A DNA stretch of 64,000 bases. It comes from a virus (lineage: Duplodnaviria; Caudoviricetes). Every line of letters begins with the position of its first letter. The first letter of the stretch is position 1. The position numbers and the translations under genes are program-made. Under the pieces are notes generated by a model. The model searched no databases. It saw only the letters and a list, made by a program, of their open reading frames with translations, and was not told the DNA's origin. The DNA lies in IMG/VR virus record IMGVR_UViG_3300028888_000119, positions 1-64,000 of that record. One strand, 5' to 3'. Shown piece by piece: positions 27,121-35,289 of the stretch.

Positions 27121-27602
27121 TATTCATATCTCCAAATAAATCCCTTACTCTTCTTGCCAAGTCCGTCCGCGCACCGCTTGATCAAAGCCCGGGACACTCC
27201 GGTCCGCTCCGACGCCTCGTGAAGGCTCGCGAACCGCCCGACACAGATCCCGTCCAGCGTGTACTGCGCCACCCTCCTGCCTGACTCCACCGGCCTTCCG
27301 GCCCTTCCCCACTTGCGCTTCTCGCTCCACCGGAGGTTCTCCACCCGGTTGTTCTCCTTATTCCCGTCCTTGTGCACCACATACGGCCGCCCCTCGGCAT
27401 TCGCGAGGAACGCCCTCGCCACGAGGTACGCCACATCCACGCGGTCCATCCTTCCCTTCCAGCACAAATTCACGAACCGGCCCCTTATCAAGGACATCTC
27501 GAATCCGCCGCTGTACACCCTGCCGAGATCGCCAACCTCGTAGCGACCGCCATAGCCGGGCACCGGCTTGCGCCTTTCCTTTCTTTCCGCGACGAATATC
27601 AT
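27120..27602 (-). CDS. NUMOD4-HNH-NUMOD1 homing endonuclease
   Basis: PVPGYGGRYEVGDLGRV; VVHKDGNKENNRVENLRW; VAQYTLDG...FASLHEASERTG. Confidence 0.8.
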   Translation of the reverse strand: MIFVAERKERRKPVPGYGGRYEVGDLGRVYSGGFEMSLIRGRFVNLCWKGRMDRVDVAYLVARAFLANAEGRPYVVHKDGNKENNRVENLRWSEKRKWGRAGRPVESGRRVAQYTLDGICVGRFASLHEASERTGVSRALIKRCADGLGKKSKGFIWRYE

Positions 27603-27946
27603 CTCCTGTCCTCCGCGTCCCAGATTCCGGCGGTGACGTCCTTCACCCCGGCGGCGTACTGCTCGAGGACGAACCCGTCCCCGTTGACGCTCATGTACTT
27701 GTTCCCCGCCTGGTCATACCAGCACAGCCAGTACTTCCCGTCCCGGTCCTTCACGGCATAGAAGCGCTTCACGTACCCGAGCCGGTACCTGCCGGACATC
27801 AGCGATTCACGGCTGATCGCCTTCGACACCGTCTGGACGCTCATGCCCATGTCGCACGCGGCTCCGGAGCAGGACGCATACAGCCGGGCGGTCCCGGACA
27901 CGACGTCCCGGACGAGCACGGCCTTATTTCTCATGGATTCTCTCAT
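27599..27946 (-). CDS. NUMOD1-like HTH protein
   Basis: YASCSGAACDMGMSVQTVSKAI; first gene of leftward operon. Confidence 0.55.
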   Translation of the reverse strand: MRESMRNKAVLVRDVVSGTARLYASCSGAACDMGMSVQTVSKAISRESLMSGRYRLGYVKRFYAVKDRDGKYWLCWYDQAGNKYMSVNGDGFVLEQYAAGVKDVTAGIWDAEDRR

Positions 27947-27953
27947 TTCATGG

Positions 27954-27985
27954 CAAAAATAAGCCGTTTTTCCCGATTTTCCAAA
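27954..27985 (-). promoter_or_regulatory. Leftward promoter PL
   Basis: TATTTTTG (27961-27954) and TTTG (27985-27982), 20-nt spacing. Confidence 0.7.
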
Positions 27986-28039
27986 CTTTTGTCAACAAAA
28001 ATCGCAAATTCGCAGCATCACGGTGCCGATTCTGTCGAA

Positions 28040-28480
28040 TAGTGTAGAAAACGTGTAGGAAATGAATGTCTACATACACGATTTCCTACATTGCGTTCTG
28101 CGTGCCCGTGGTGCAGATTTTGGCCATTTTTGCCCGGTCTGCTGTCTAATATGAGTAAATTTTAGTGTAGGAAATTGTCTACAACCAAAATTTCCTTCAT
28201 CGCTTCTAGGCTTGTCGGAGGCCGATTTTTCGATTTTAGTGTAGGAAATTGTCTAATATGAATAAAAATCCTCGCGCGCGTAATATGTGCGCGCGTATAT
28301 GCGCGTACCTATATATATAGCAAACCTATCTTTTTCCTATTTTTATTTTTATTCTACACTAAATGCAATAAATACATTATAACTACTAATTAACATCAAA
28401 CCAGTAACTTACACAATGTAGATAATGCTACATATTGGTGCACAATGTAGATAATTTTTACGAACTCCTACATTGCACCA
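28040..28480. repeat. Iteron-like TGTAG(G/A)A repeats, putative replication origin
   Basis: Exact 22-bp repeat TTTTAGTGTAGGAAATTGTCTA at 28160 and 28234; CACAATGTAGATAAT at 28412 and 28441; inverted TCCTACATTGC copies near 28084 and 28467. Confidence 0.6.
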
Positions 28481-28745
28481 TGATAACTCATTGACACCAC
28501 GACAATTAACCAATGCAAAAAAATCACAAAACCAGAAAAGTACCTACTACCGAGACCCTCACGCGCGCGCGAACATCAAAATTTTGAAATAAAAAAAATT
28601 TCAAAAACCCACCCGGGCATCCCTTTCCGCGCCTTGATCTGACCCCTCGCACCCCTTTCAAAAAATCGGCCGGCATACGGCTTCCAGCCTCGTATGTTGT
28701 TGATTTTCAAGTAGTTACAAATTTTTGACGGTCGCAAAAGGTCTG

Positions 28746-28769
28746 AAATGTAACATTTTTGTTACATTT
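28746..28769. promoter_or_regulatory. Palindromic operator-like site
   Basis: AAATGTAAC-ATTTTT-GTTACATTT. Confidence 0.45.
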
Positions 28770-28786
28770 TAAAATTTTTTGGCAAC

Positions 28787-28807
28787 TGTGGTGTGGTGTG
28801 GTGTGGT
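28787..28807 (+). repeat. (TGTGG)4 tandem repeat
   Basis: TGTGGTGTGGTGTGGTGTGGT. Confidence 0.9.
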
Positions 28808-28816
28808 CCGGCGCCG

Positions 28817-28869
28817 TTTTTAAATTTTTTTAATAATGATCCCGTCACTTTTTAAATTTTTTTAATAAT
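28817..28869. repeat. AT-rich 21-bp direct repeat
   Basis: TTTTTAAATTTTTTTAATAAT at 28817 and 28849, with degenerate copies to about 29010. Confidence 0.8.
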
Positions 28870-29046
28870 CGTGTCCGGATCTGCCGGAACTTAGGTTTTT
28901 AAAATAATTTAATAAATCGTAATGTGATATTAAATTTTTTTAGATTTTGTGCCGGCTGGTTATATTTTAAAATTTTTTAAAAAGTGTGATTCGTTTATTA
29001 AAATATTTTATGTTCTTATATGCGTGCGCGCGCTATAAATAAGGTA

Positions 29047-29090
29047 TATTTTGTAACAAAATTGTCATAAAATTGTAATGAAAATGTAAC
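29047..29090 (+). repeat. Four phased 11-bp repeats upstream of PR
   Basis: TGTAAC/TGTCAT/TGTAAT/TGTAAC at 29052, 29063, 29074, 29085. Confidence 0.75.
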
Positions 29091-29098
29091 AAAAACAT

Positions 29099-29129
29099 TT
29101 TGATATTTGGAAAATAGTACCTACCTTTG
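29099..29129 (+). promoter_or_regulatory. Rightward early promoter PR
   Basis: TTTG (29099-29102) and TACCTTTG (29122-29129), 19-nt spacing. Confidence 0.7.
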
Positions 29130-29190
29130 TAATAGCAAAAGGGGAGAAATAAAGCCCTGGAAGATGTTAAATTTTTAAAATTTAGTTATT

Positions 29191-29589
29191 ATGAAAGCGA
29201 CAATTTACAAAGGTATCGAAAACATGACAAAAAAGGAAATCATTTGCGCCCGTGCCACGGAAAAGCGGAATGTTTCCGCGGAACTGGCAAATTTTGCCAA
29301 CTCGTTAGAGTTTGCCGGAAAACAATTAACTGCAGTAGGGAGTGCAGCAAGAAACGCGGCAAACGCAACAAAGGGAACTTTTAAAACGTGGCTGCAAGTC
29401 GTTTCGGCTTGTTACCCTTACCAAACGGAAAACGGGGAACTTTGCACGAAATCGAAAGGGGTGTATAAACTTCGCAAATTGTCCGGCCGTGGTGCAGCCG
29501 GGGCCGTGGTTGCTGCATCCGTTAAAAATTACATCGATTTCAAAACGGGTCGCGTTTCTGAGTTGGTTACTATCGTAGTGCCCGAATAA
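29191..29589 (+). CDS. Hypothetical basic protein, first early gene
   Basis: 132 aa, TAGTTATTATG start context. Confidence 0.75.
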   Translation: MKATIYKGIENMTKKEIICARATEKRNVSAELANFANSLEFAGKQLTAVGSAARNAANATKGTFKTWLQVVSACYPYQTENGELCTKSKGVYKLRKLSGRGAAGAVVAASVKNYIDFKTGRVSELVTIVVPE

Positions 29590-29596
29590 ATAAGTA

Positions 29597-30040
29597 TATG
29601 CCCGTGCACGGGTGAAACTTTGCACGGGTGCGAATAAATCCGGACTTTTTCGGACTGCAGAAACGCACAAAGGGACGGCCGAACGGCCCGAACGGACCTG
29701 CACAAAGCACGACGAAACAAGACGGCCCCGTTACCGCTATGATGGGGAGATAGGTAAATAGCGGACGGAACTATCGAGGAATGGCGAACTATACCTGAAC
29801 GGGTACAAGCGTCGGACTGAGACCGCACGAACGGGGCGAAAAAATCCCAATTAGTGCCATGACATTGTGTAGGTATGCCGGAGCGGTGGGTGACGCGACG
29901 AGGGCAGTAAATCCGAACAATGGATATAAATAGCCGAACAAGATTTGGAGCGGAGGGTATCGGGATGAAACGATACTATCCGCTTTTCTTATGGGTGTAA
30001 AAGGGCGAGACGCTGGCCGACCGAATCGGCCTGCACCCAC
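29597..30040 (+). ncRNA. Candidate large structured ncRNA
   Basis: No credible ORF; many helices (CCCGTGCA/TGCACGGG, TCCGGA/TTCGGA, TGCAG/CTGCA, CCGCTAT/ATAGCGG, AGCGGA/TCCGCT, TGGGTGTA/TGCACCCA). Confidence 0.5.
29949..29990 (+). terminator. Terminator-like hairpin inside the structured region
   Basis: AGCGGA-GG-GTATCG-loop-CGATAC-TA-TCCGCT then TTTCTT. Confidence 0.55.
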
Positions 30041-30091
30041 TATGATGTTTAACGAGAAGTTGCGCACGACACGAACGAAGTGCGGAAAGAT

Positions 30092-30253
30092 ATGGACGCG
30101 ATCGACTGGGTTTTTATTGGGCTGGTTGCCTTGATGGTGGCAGCGATGCTTGCGCCGTTTTTCGGTGCTCCGGTGTGGACGCTGTGGGCGGTTCCGGCAT
30201 TGCTGTTTGCGGTGTTGGAGGTAGGTTTTAACATGGACAAAATAACGGAATAA
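30092..30253 (+). CDS. Small membrane protein
   Basis: Manual translation MDAIDWVFIGLVALMVAAMLAPFFGAPVWTLWAVPALLFAVLE..., 53 aa, 2 hydrophobic segments. Confidence 0.65.
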   Translation: MDAIDWVFIGLVALMVAAMLAPFFGAPVWTLWAVPALLFAVLEVGFNMDKITE

Positions 30254-30254
30254 A

Positions 30255-30455
30255 ATGAAACTTTGGAAAGAACGAATTGCAGTAAGCGTGTTTTTCACGT
30301 TCTGCGTAGTATTGAGCATCACGATGGTGTGTTGGGGTTTTAATGTTGATAGTTATGCGTTTGCTTGCAAGGCGATTGGCTTTTGTGGGTGCATCGGTTT
30401 TCCGGTTTGCTGGCGGAATGCGTGGAACGATTTGAGCGAGGAGGAAGAGCGATGA
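30255..30455 (+). CDS. Small membrane protein
   Basis: 66 aa, 2 hydrophobic segments, Cys-rich. Confidence 0.65.
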   Translation: MKLWKERIAVSVFFTFCVVLSITMVCWGFNVDSYAFACKAIGFCGCIGFPVCWRNAWNDLSEEEER

Positions 30456-30652
30456 ATAGGGGCCAGGCTTGGATTGTGGCGCTCTTGGGCGTGATTGCGC
30501 TTGAGGGAGCGGTTACGGCCTACGAGGTCGTGCGCATTGCGCGGAACGGTTTTGAAGTAAGTTTAACCAAGGAGCAGGCCGACGAGATCGTGGAGGAAGT
30601 AGAGGAGGCGAAGGCTGCTGCAATGGAGGACATGAACAATGAGAGCAATTGA
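30452..30652 (+). CDS. Small single-TM protein
   Basis: Start refined to MNRGQAWIVALLGVIAL (30452); acidic tail. Confidence 0.6.
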   Translation: MNRGQAWIVALLGVIALEGAVTAYEVVRIARNGFEVSLTKEQADEIVEEVEEAKAAAMEDMNNESN

Positions 30653-30896
30653 ACGAAAAGCGTTGGCGGCATTCAATGAGTGCAGGCCATTCAAGGAGAG
30701 CAACACTGAGGTTGTTGTGACCAAAGAGTCCGTGTGTGTTTATTTGTTCGGGAACATGATTGTTTGGAAAGACCGGACGACGGGCGAGGTGAGCTACAGC
30801 CATTGCGGATGGCACACACCGACGACCGCGTCCAGGTTGAGGGCGTTCGGAGCAAATGCATACATTAGGAAAGGAACATTAATAATTGAGAAATAG
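30639..30896 (+). CDS. Hypothetical protein
   Basis: 85 aa, YLFGNMI...CGWHTPTTASRL motif common in phages. Confidence 0.7.
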   Translation: MRAIERKALAAFNECRPFKESNTEVVVTKESVCVYLFGNMIVWKDRTTGEVSYSHCGWHTPTTASRLRAFGANAYIRKGTLIIEK

Positions 30897-30898
30897 TT

Positions 30899-31216
30899 AT
30901 GAACGAAGTTAAGGTTGGCGACATTCTCGCCGGAACGTTGGGTTACTCGATGGTAATCCCTTGTTTTTACGTGGTAACGAAGGTGACCGCAAAGGGCATC
31001 AAGATGTACGAGGTAGAAAAGAACATCACCGGACAGCAGGGTTATGAGACTCCGGCCGAACCGATTCGACCGAGATATGGCGAATTAGTTCCCAATGAGG
31101 TCTTTGCAAAGCCTTGCAAGGACTGGGATGGTCACTGGAAGACTGGCGGTCGCTACGACCACCGGTATGTCTCGAAGTGGGACGGACAGCCTGTTTGGGC
31201 GGATTACATGGACTAA
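30899..31216 (+). CDS. Hypothetical protein
   Basis: 105 aa, VKVGDILAGTLGYSMVIPCFYVV. Confidence 0.75.
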   Translation: MNEVKVGDILAGTLGYSMVIPCFYVVTKVTAKGIKMYEVEKNITGQQGYETPAEPIRPRYGELVPNEVFAKPCKDWDGHWKTGGRYDHRYVSKWDGQPVWADYMD

Positions 31217-31273
31217 GCGATGTTCTGCGTGGACGGGAATTATTACTTTATGAGCAAATAGGAGGAACGAAAA

Positions 31274-31582
31274 ATGAAAACGATTGAACAAGTATTGAGC
31301 GTGTGTCCGAAGCAGGACAAGGCGTATGTGTTAATGAACGGAAGATGGCACAGAATTGCCGAGCATGAGGTGCGGGCTATTCAGGTATCCGTTTGTCTCG
31401 GCTGTTTAGAGCCGCCAAGGATAAAATGCAGCAACGGGGAGGAATTGAGATGGGACAAACAACGCCCAGGGCATTTTCTCGATATTAATACCAATCTATT
31501 CCGAGTGAGTACGGAACAAACTCGGAATTTGATGAGGGCGGAAATATTAAATGAGGAATTGGGGCGTAATGACAAGAAATAG
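31274..31582 (+). CDS. Hypothetical protein
   Basis: 102 aa in operon. Confidence 0.65.
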   Translation: MKTIEQVLSVCPKQDKAYVLMNGRWHRIAEHEVRAIQVSVCLGCLEPPRIKCSNGEELRWDKQRPGHFLDINTNLFRVSTEQTRNLMRAEILNEELGRNDKK

Positions 31583-31588
31583 ATAGTT

Positions 31589-31783
31589 ATGAAACTCAGA
31601 GAATTGAAGCAGGGCGATAAGTTCCAGTACGCCCAGTATCCGAGCGGAGCGCCCTATGTGAAGGGCAGCAAGATTCAAGGGAGCGTGGATTTGTACTACG
31701 TGCACTCAAAATTAATCGGCTATGTATATATGGCCGATGGTGGCGATGATGTTATCAAGATTGGAAATATTAACGAGGAATAG
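31589..31783 (+). CDS. Hypothetical protein
   Basis: 64 aa, MKLRELKQGDKF. Confidence 0.65.
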   Translation: MKLRELKQGDKFQYAQYPSGAPYVKGSKIQGSVDLYYVHSKLIGYVYMADGGDDVIKIGNINEE

Positions 31784-31785
31784 TT

Positions 31786-32082
31786 ATGGAAAAGTACAGC
31801 AACAACAAGAAATTGAACGGAGTCCTCAATGAAATCCGAGAAGACTTGTTAAGTATCCACGACACCGAGGACGAGAGCCGGAGGGAGATTGAGCACTACA
31901 AGCGCGAGTTCCCGAAGGAGATTGACTTCAATCTGGTTCAGTATGGCAACATGCTGATTTACTACGACGACGTGAGGGCCATGTACGCCAGGCACGGATA
32001 CAAGAGCATGGACCGCATGAGCGATGCCCAGGTATGGGAGACCTATAAGAGACAAGTAGGATATGTAGCAAGAACAATATAG
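31786..32082 (+). CDS. Hypothetical protein
   Basis: 98 aa in operon. Confidence 0.75.
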   Translation: MEKYSNNKKLNGVLNEIREDLLSIHDTEDESRREIEHYKREFPKEIDFNLVQYGNMLIYYDDVRAMYARHGYKSMDRMSDAQVWETYKRQVGYVARTI

Positions 32083-32084
32083 TT

Positions 32085-32336
32085 ATGAAAGCAACAATCA
32101 ACCACGGCAAGCGGGGGACAGACATCGACAAGCTGGTTAAGGAGTATGACTTTGACTGTCCGAGAGAATACTACGGATACATTGTTGATTCGTATGTGAA
32201 CGGTCATAACGATCAAGTTATCGAACTATTCAACCGGATGAAGGGAGATTTGCAAAAGAGTTTCCTCTTGAATATCGAATTCATGCAGCCGGTGTATGGA
32301 GAGAAGATTCATGATTTAATCATTAAGAGCTTATGA
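32085..32336 (+). CDS. Hypothetical protein
   Basis: 83 aa, YIVDSYVNG. Confidence 0.7.
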   Translation: MKATINHGKRGTDIDKLVKEYDFDCPREYYGYIVDSYVNGHNDQVIELFNRMKGDLQKSFLLNIEFMQPVYGEKIHDLIIKSL

Positions 32337-32566
32337 ACAAGAAAGAGATTGCCGCCTATGTGCGGAACAATGTGGAGGACTACGAGGAGCGCCTGCAGTT
32401 GGCGCTGAAGCGAATGGACCGGATGCGCTGCCCTTTGAGGATGGCGGACAACGGTTTGTATGACGAGATGTGCGATGCGGTGGAGGATTGGTGCTTTGAC
32501 AACGACGTGGATTTCTACGAGATTGATCTGGAGGAGTTGATTGATGAAATCATTTGGGAGGAATGA
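32333..32566 (+). CDS. Acidic hypothetical protein
   Basis: 77 aa, strongly acidic C-terminus. Confidence 0.7.
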   Translation: MNKKEIAAYVRNNVEDYEERLQLALKRMDRMRCPLRMADNGLYDEMCDAVEDWCFDNDVDFYEIDLEELIDEIIWEE

Positions 32567-32700
32567 TTACGGCATTTGGCAGACCGGTTCCTCAGTTTGT
32601 GATTGACGAGCTGGTAGCGGACGGTATTCCGCTTGAAGAAATAACCACTGAGTTTATTGAAACATCCTTCGAGTATGAGCGAAGGGATAACGAGGAATAA
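32563..32700 (+). CDS. Small acidic hypothetical protein
   Basis: Manual translation MITAFGRPVPQFVIDEL..., 45 aa. Confidence 0.5.
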   Translation: MITAFGRPVPQFVIDELVADGIPLEEITTEFIETSFEYERRDNEE

Positions 32701-32702
32701 AT

Positions 32703-32894
32703 ATGGCACAGCGAGTAACATTGCGCCAGGCTGTGGAATTGTTGAAGCAGCAGGGCATTGATGTCGAATGGAATGATTTGACGCTGGAGGACTTCTTCAT
32801 TTATTTCGACCATCATTACAAGGCTGACTGCGAGAACGGCACGTTCCCGAGGGTCAGTTTCTTTTTCACTGACATCTTAGAGATTTTTAGGTAA
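32703..32894 (+). CDS. Hypothetical protein
   Basis: 63 aa in operon. Confidence 0.6.
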   Translation: MAQRVTLRQAVELLKQQGIDVEWNDLTLEDFFIYFDHHYKADCENGTFPRVSFFFTDILEIFR

Positions 32895-33401
32895 ATGAGA
32901 CGAGTAAAAGTGGTATTGGTCTGCGACGAGGGATTCGTGGCGGACAGTCTGCGGGACTTTGCGACCGCATATGAGGACAACTTCGGCGACTGGCACGAGG
33001 TCGAGCATGGCAGTGGATTCCTTGAATTCATCGAGGAGCCGGATCCTGAGCCGAGCTTGGCGGAAGTGTTCGACAAGAAGAGGGAGTCTGTTATGGACGA
33101 GAGAGAGAGGCGACGCAGGGAATTAGAAAGGATGGATGAAGAGGAGAGGGCGTGGATTATGGAGATGGCCGAGAAACTCGCCTTCCTGCGGGAGCGTGGT
33201 TTTGAGGTCAAGACACATTTCGGAGGAATCGTGAACGGATGGCCGTACAACTACGTTCACATCGGTCGTGGACGCTGGGTGGATATTGAGGGGAGTTCTG
33301 TCCGCAGGAAAGACGGAACGCTTGACCAGTGTTCTCCGTACATCGAAAATTACAACAACCCGACGATGGAGGCTCTTCTCGAAGAGATTGCGACATGGTA
33401 G
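32895..33401 (+). CDS. Hypothetical protein
   Basis: 168 aa with charged coiled-coil middle. Confidence 0.7.
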   Translation: MRRVKVVLVCDEGFVADSLRDFATAYEDNFGDWHEVEHGSGFLEFIEEPDPEPSLAEVFDKKRESVMDERERRRRELERMDEEERAWIMEMAEKLAFLRERGFEVKTHFGGIVNGWPYNYVHIGRGRWVDIEGSSVRRKDGTLDQCSPYIENYNNPTMEALLEEIATW

Positions 33402-33640
33402 GCAACGCAATCTACCTGCTTTTCTGCAAGCATCTGAGCGACGGCCAGGGCGGTCACGAGATACTGCAGACACCGCACGCGACTTTTGACGGAGCGTACG
33501 AGCACATGCAAGCAATTAAGGAACACTTTGAAAGCAAGGATTTCGAAGTGAAGGAAGTACCGGACGGGTCGTTCTATGTGACCGGGCCGTTCGGGTTCAA
33601 GAGACTTTATTATGTAGTAACAAGTACAATAGAGAAATAA
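33395..33640 (+). CDS. Hypothetical protein
   Basis: Start refined to MVGNAIYLL (33395). Confidence 0.6.
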   Translation: MVGNAIYLLFCKHLSDGQGGHEILQTPHATFDGAYEHMQAIKEHFESKDFEVKEVPDGSFYVTGPFGFKRLYYVVTSTIEK

Positions 33641-33642
33641 TC

Positions 33643-34371
33643 ATGGCAAAGACAGAATTTAAGCACTCCTACAAGGAGTTTGGAGCGGAAGCAATCTGCA
33701 CGAGGGTCCAGCAGATGCTGGCATTCAGGGACGAAGTGGATGTGCCCGAGTCTCATGTAAAATTCAGCTACGACAATCGGAAGACTGGCGCGCTTGTTCC
33801 GTCGGTCAGTTTGATTCCGGTGGCCGACTGCGGGAACTGCGCGGTTTGCGCGAAGGGATGCTATGACGTGCGTAACGTCTGCTTCCAGAAGACAGTGCAG
33901 AAGAGCCGTGCCAACAACAGCGCGATTCTGCAGAATGACCCTGGCAAGTACTGGAGGGAGATTGAGCAGCGAATCAGCTGCCTGCGGTTCTTCCGATTCC
34001 ATGTGGGCGGAGACATCAAGGACTACAGTTACTTCGTTAACATGGTCGGTATTGCGATGAGGAATCCTCACTGCGAGATCCTGGCATTCACGAAGATGTA
34101 CGACATCGTCAATGAATTCATCAGCTACGCTGGTGGGGTTGATGCGATGCCGAAGAACTTGCACATCATCTTCTCGGATTGGCGCGGGGCCGAGTTTGAG
34201 AATCCGTACAACTTGCCGGTTAGCAGCCCGATTTGGCCGGACGGTACGAAGGGCCCGCACTGCACAGACAAGGTGTATATGTGTGAGGGTGACTGCAGTG
34301 CGTGTGCTGAGACGCGCAATGGTTGCTGGGCGGCGAAGAGAGGTGAAACAATTTTATTTGAAGCGCACTGA
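33643..34371 (+). CDS. GP88-like Fe-S / radical-SAM-like protein
   Basis: CGNCAVCAKGCY, FRFHVGGD, AFTK, C-terminal CEGDCSACAETRNGCW. Confidence 0.65.
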   Translation: MAKTEFKHSYKEFGAEAICTRVQQMLAFRDEVDVPESHVKFSYDNRKTGALVPSVSLIPVADCGNCAVCAKGCYDVRNVCFQKTVQKSRANNSAILQNDPGKYWREIEQRISCLRFFRFHVGGDIKDYSYFVNMVGIAMRNPHCEILAFTKMYDIVNEFISYAGGVDAMPKNLHIIFSDWRGAEFENPYNLPVSSPIWPDGTKGPHCTDKVYMCEGDCSACAETRNGCWAAKRGETILFEAH

Positions 34372-34403
34372 TATATGGCACAATTATTGTAGGCACGTAT
34401 ATT

Positions 34404-34700
34404 ATGGAAGCAATAGAAATTATAAAAGCGATGGCGTACGATAGTGCGCTCGCAGAGAACAGCAATGTGTGGTATTTCGATTCGTCTGACGCTCAGAAGA
34501 GGGTATCTTATGTGTTCGGCGATTTTGAAATCACCGACGGGCAGTTTGATTCCGGCTACTACTTGGCGGTATGGTCGGTAGATGCCGATAGCATTTGTCC
34601 GTTCCAAGAAGACAATAAACCGGATGTTACTCTAACAAGGGTCCACAAAGAGGACTATGACGAAGATGACAACCAAATTTATTTATGGAGGATAGATTAA
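34404..34700 (+). CDS. Acidic hypothetical protein
   Basis: 98 aa in operon. Confidence 0.65.
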   Translation: MEAIEIIKAMAYDSALAENSNVWYFDSSDAQKRVSYVFGDFEITDGQFDSGYYLAVWSVDADSICPFQEDNKPDVTLTRVHKEDYDEDDNQIYLWRID

Positions 34701-34701
34701 T

Positions 34702-34929
34702 ATGAATGCGAAACGAAAAAAGGAAATCGAGAAGGTTATAAGCCGTCTCGAAGAAATCAAGGAGGAACTCGAATACATCCTTGAAGAAGAGCAGGAGGCG
34801 TATGATAATACGCCGGAAAGCTTATGGGAAACAGATCGTTACACCGAGTCGGAGGAGGCTATCAGCGCAATGGAGGAAAGCGCAGATAACATCGGAGACG
34901 CGATTGATAATCTCAGCGACATATGTTAG
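34702..34929 (+). CDS. Highly acidic helical protein
   Basis: 75 aa, EEEQEAYDNTPESL. Confidence 0.8.
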   Translation: MNAKRKKEIEKVISRLEEIKEELEYILEEEQEAYDNTPESLWETDRYTESEEAISAMEESADNIGDAIDNLSDIC

Positions 34930-35096
34930 CATGTCTTACATACGAAGGCTACACGCTGTACGGGAGGGATCTTGGAGGGTACCGCTCGTATATTGATGGC
35001 GAGTCCGTCAACTTCGATACGGTATCACAGTGGGTTCAATTTATAAATTATTTGGAAAATGGCAAACGTAAGGAGACCGCTGATCGCGGTAAATGA
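34923..35096 (+). CDS. Small hypothetical protein
   Basis: Manual translation MLACLTYEGYTLYGRDLGG..., 57 aa. Confidence 0.45.
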   Translation: MLACLTYEGYTLYGRDLGGYRSYIDGESVNFDTVSQWVQFINYLENGKRKETADRGK

Positions 35097-35289
35097 GGAA
35101 ACCGGAGAGAGAGTACGGTTCGATAGGGTCGCGGACTGCACGGATTATTTTGGTGTAAAGCGGGCCTCAGTGCTACATGCCGTAGCGATGGGGTCGTACA
35201 TCAAGGGGTGGAGAATATATGACACCCCCGAAAAACTCAGAGAGAAGATCGAAGAAATAAAGAAAATCATTAAAAAGCTAGAAAAATGA
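35059..35289 (+). CDS. NUMOD1-like HTH protein
   Basis: RFDRVADCTDYFGVKRASVLHAV...KGWRI. Confidence 0.6.
   Translation: MANVRRPLIAVNEETGERVRFDRVADCTDYFGVKRASVLHAVAMGSYIKGWRIYDTPEKLREKIEEIKKIIKKLEK

Noticed and set aside
28040-28480. CRISPR mini-array
   Set aside because: Repeats are irregularly spaced, in both orientations and of variable length; iteron-like instead.
29790-29860. Hammerhead ribozyme (CTGA...CGAAA)
   Set aside because: Core reads CTGAGAC rather than CTGANGA and flanking stems do not form.
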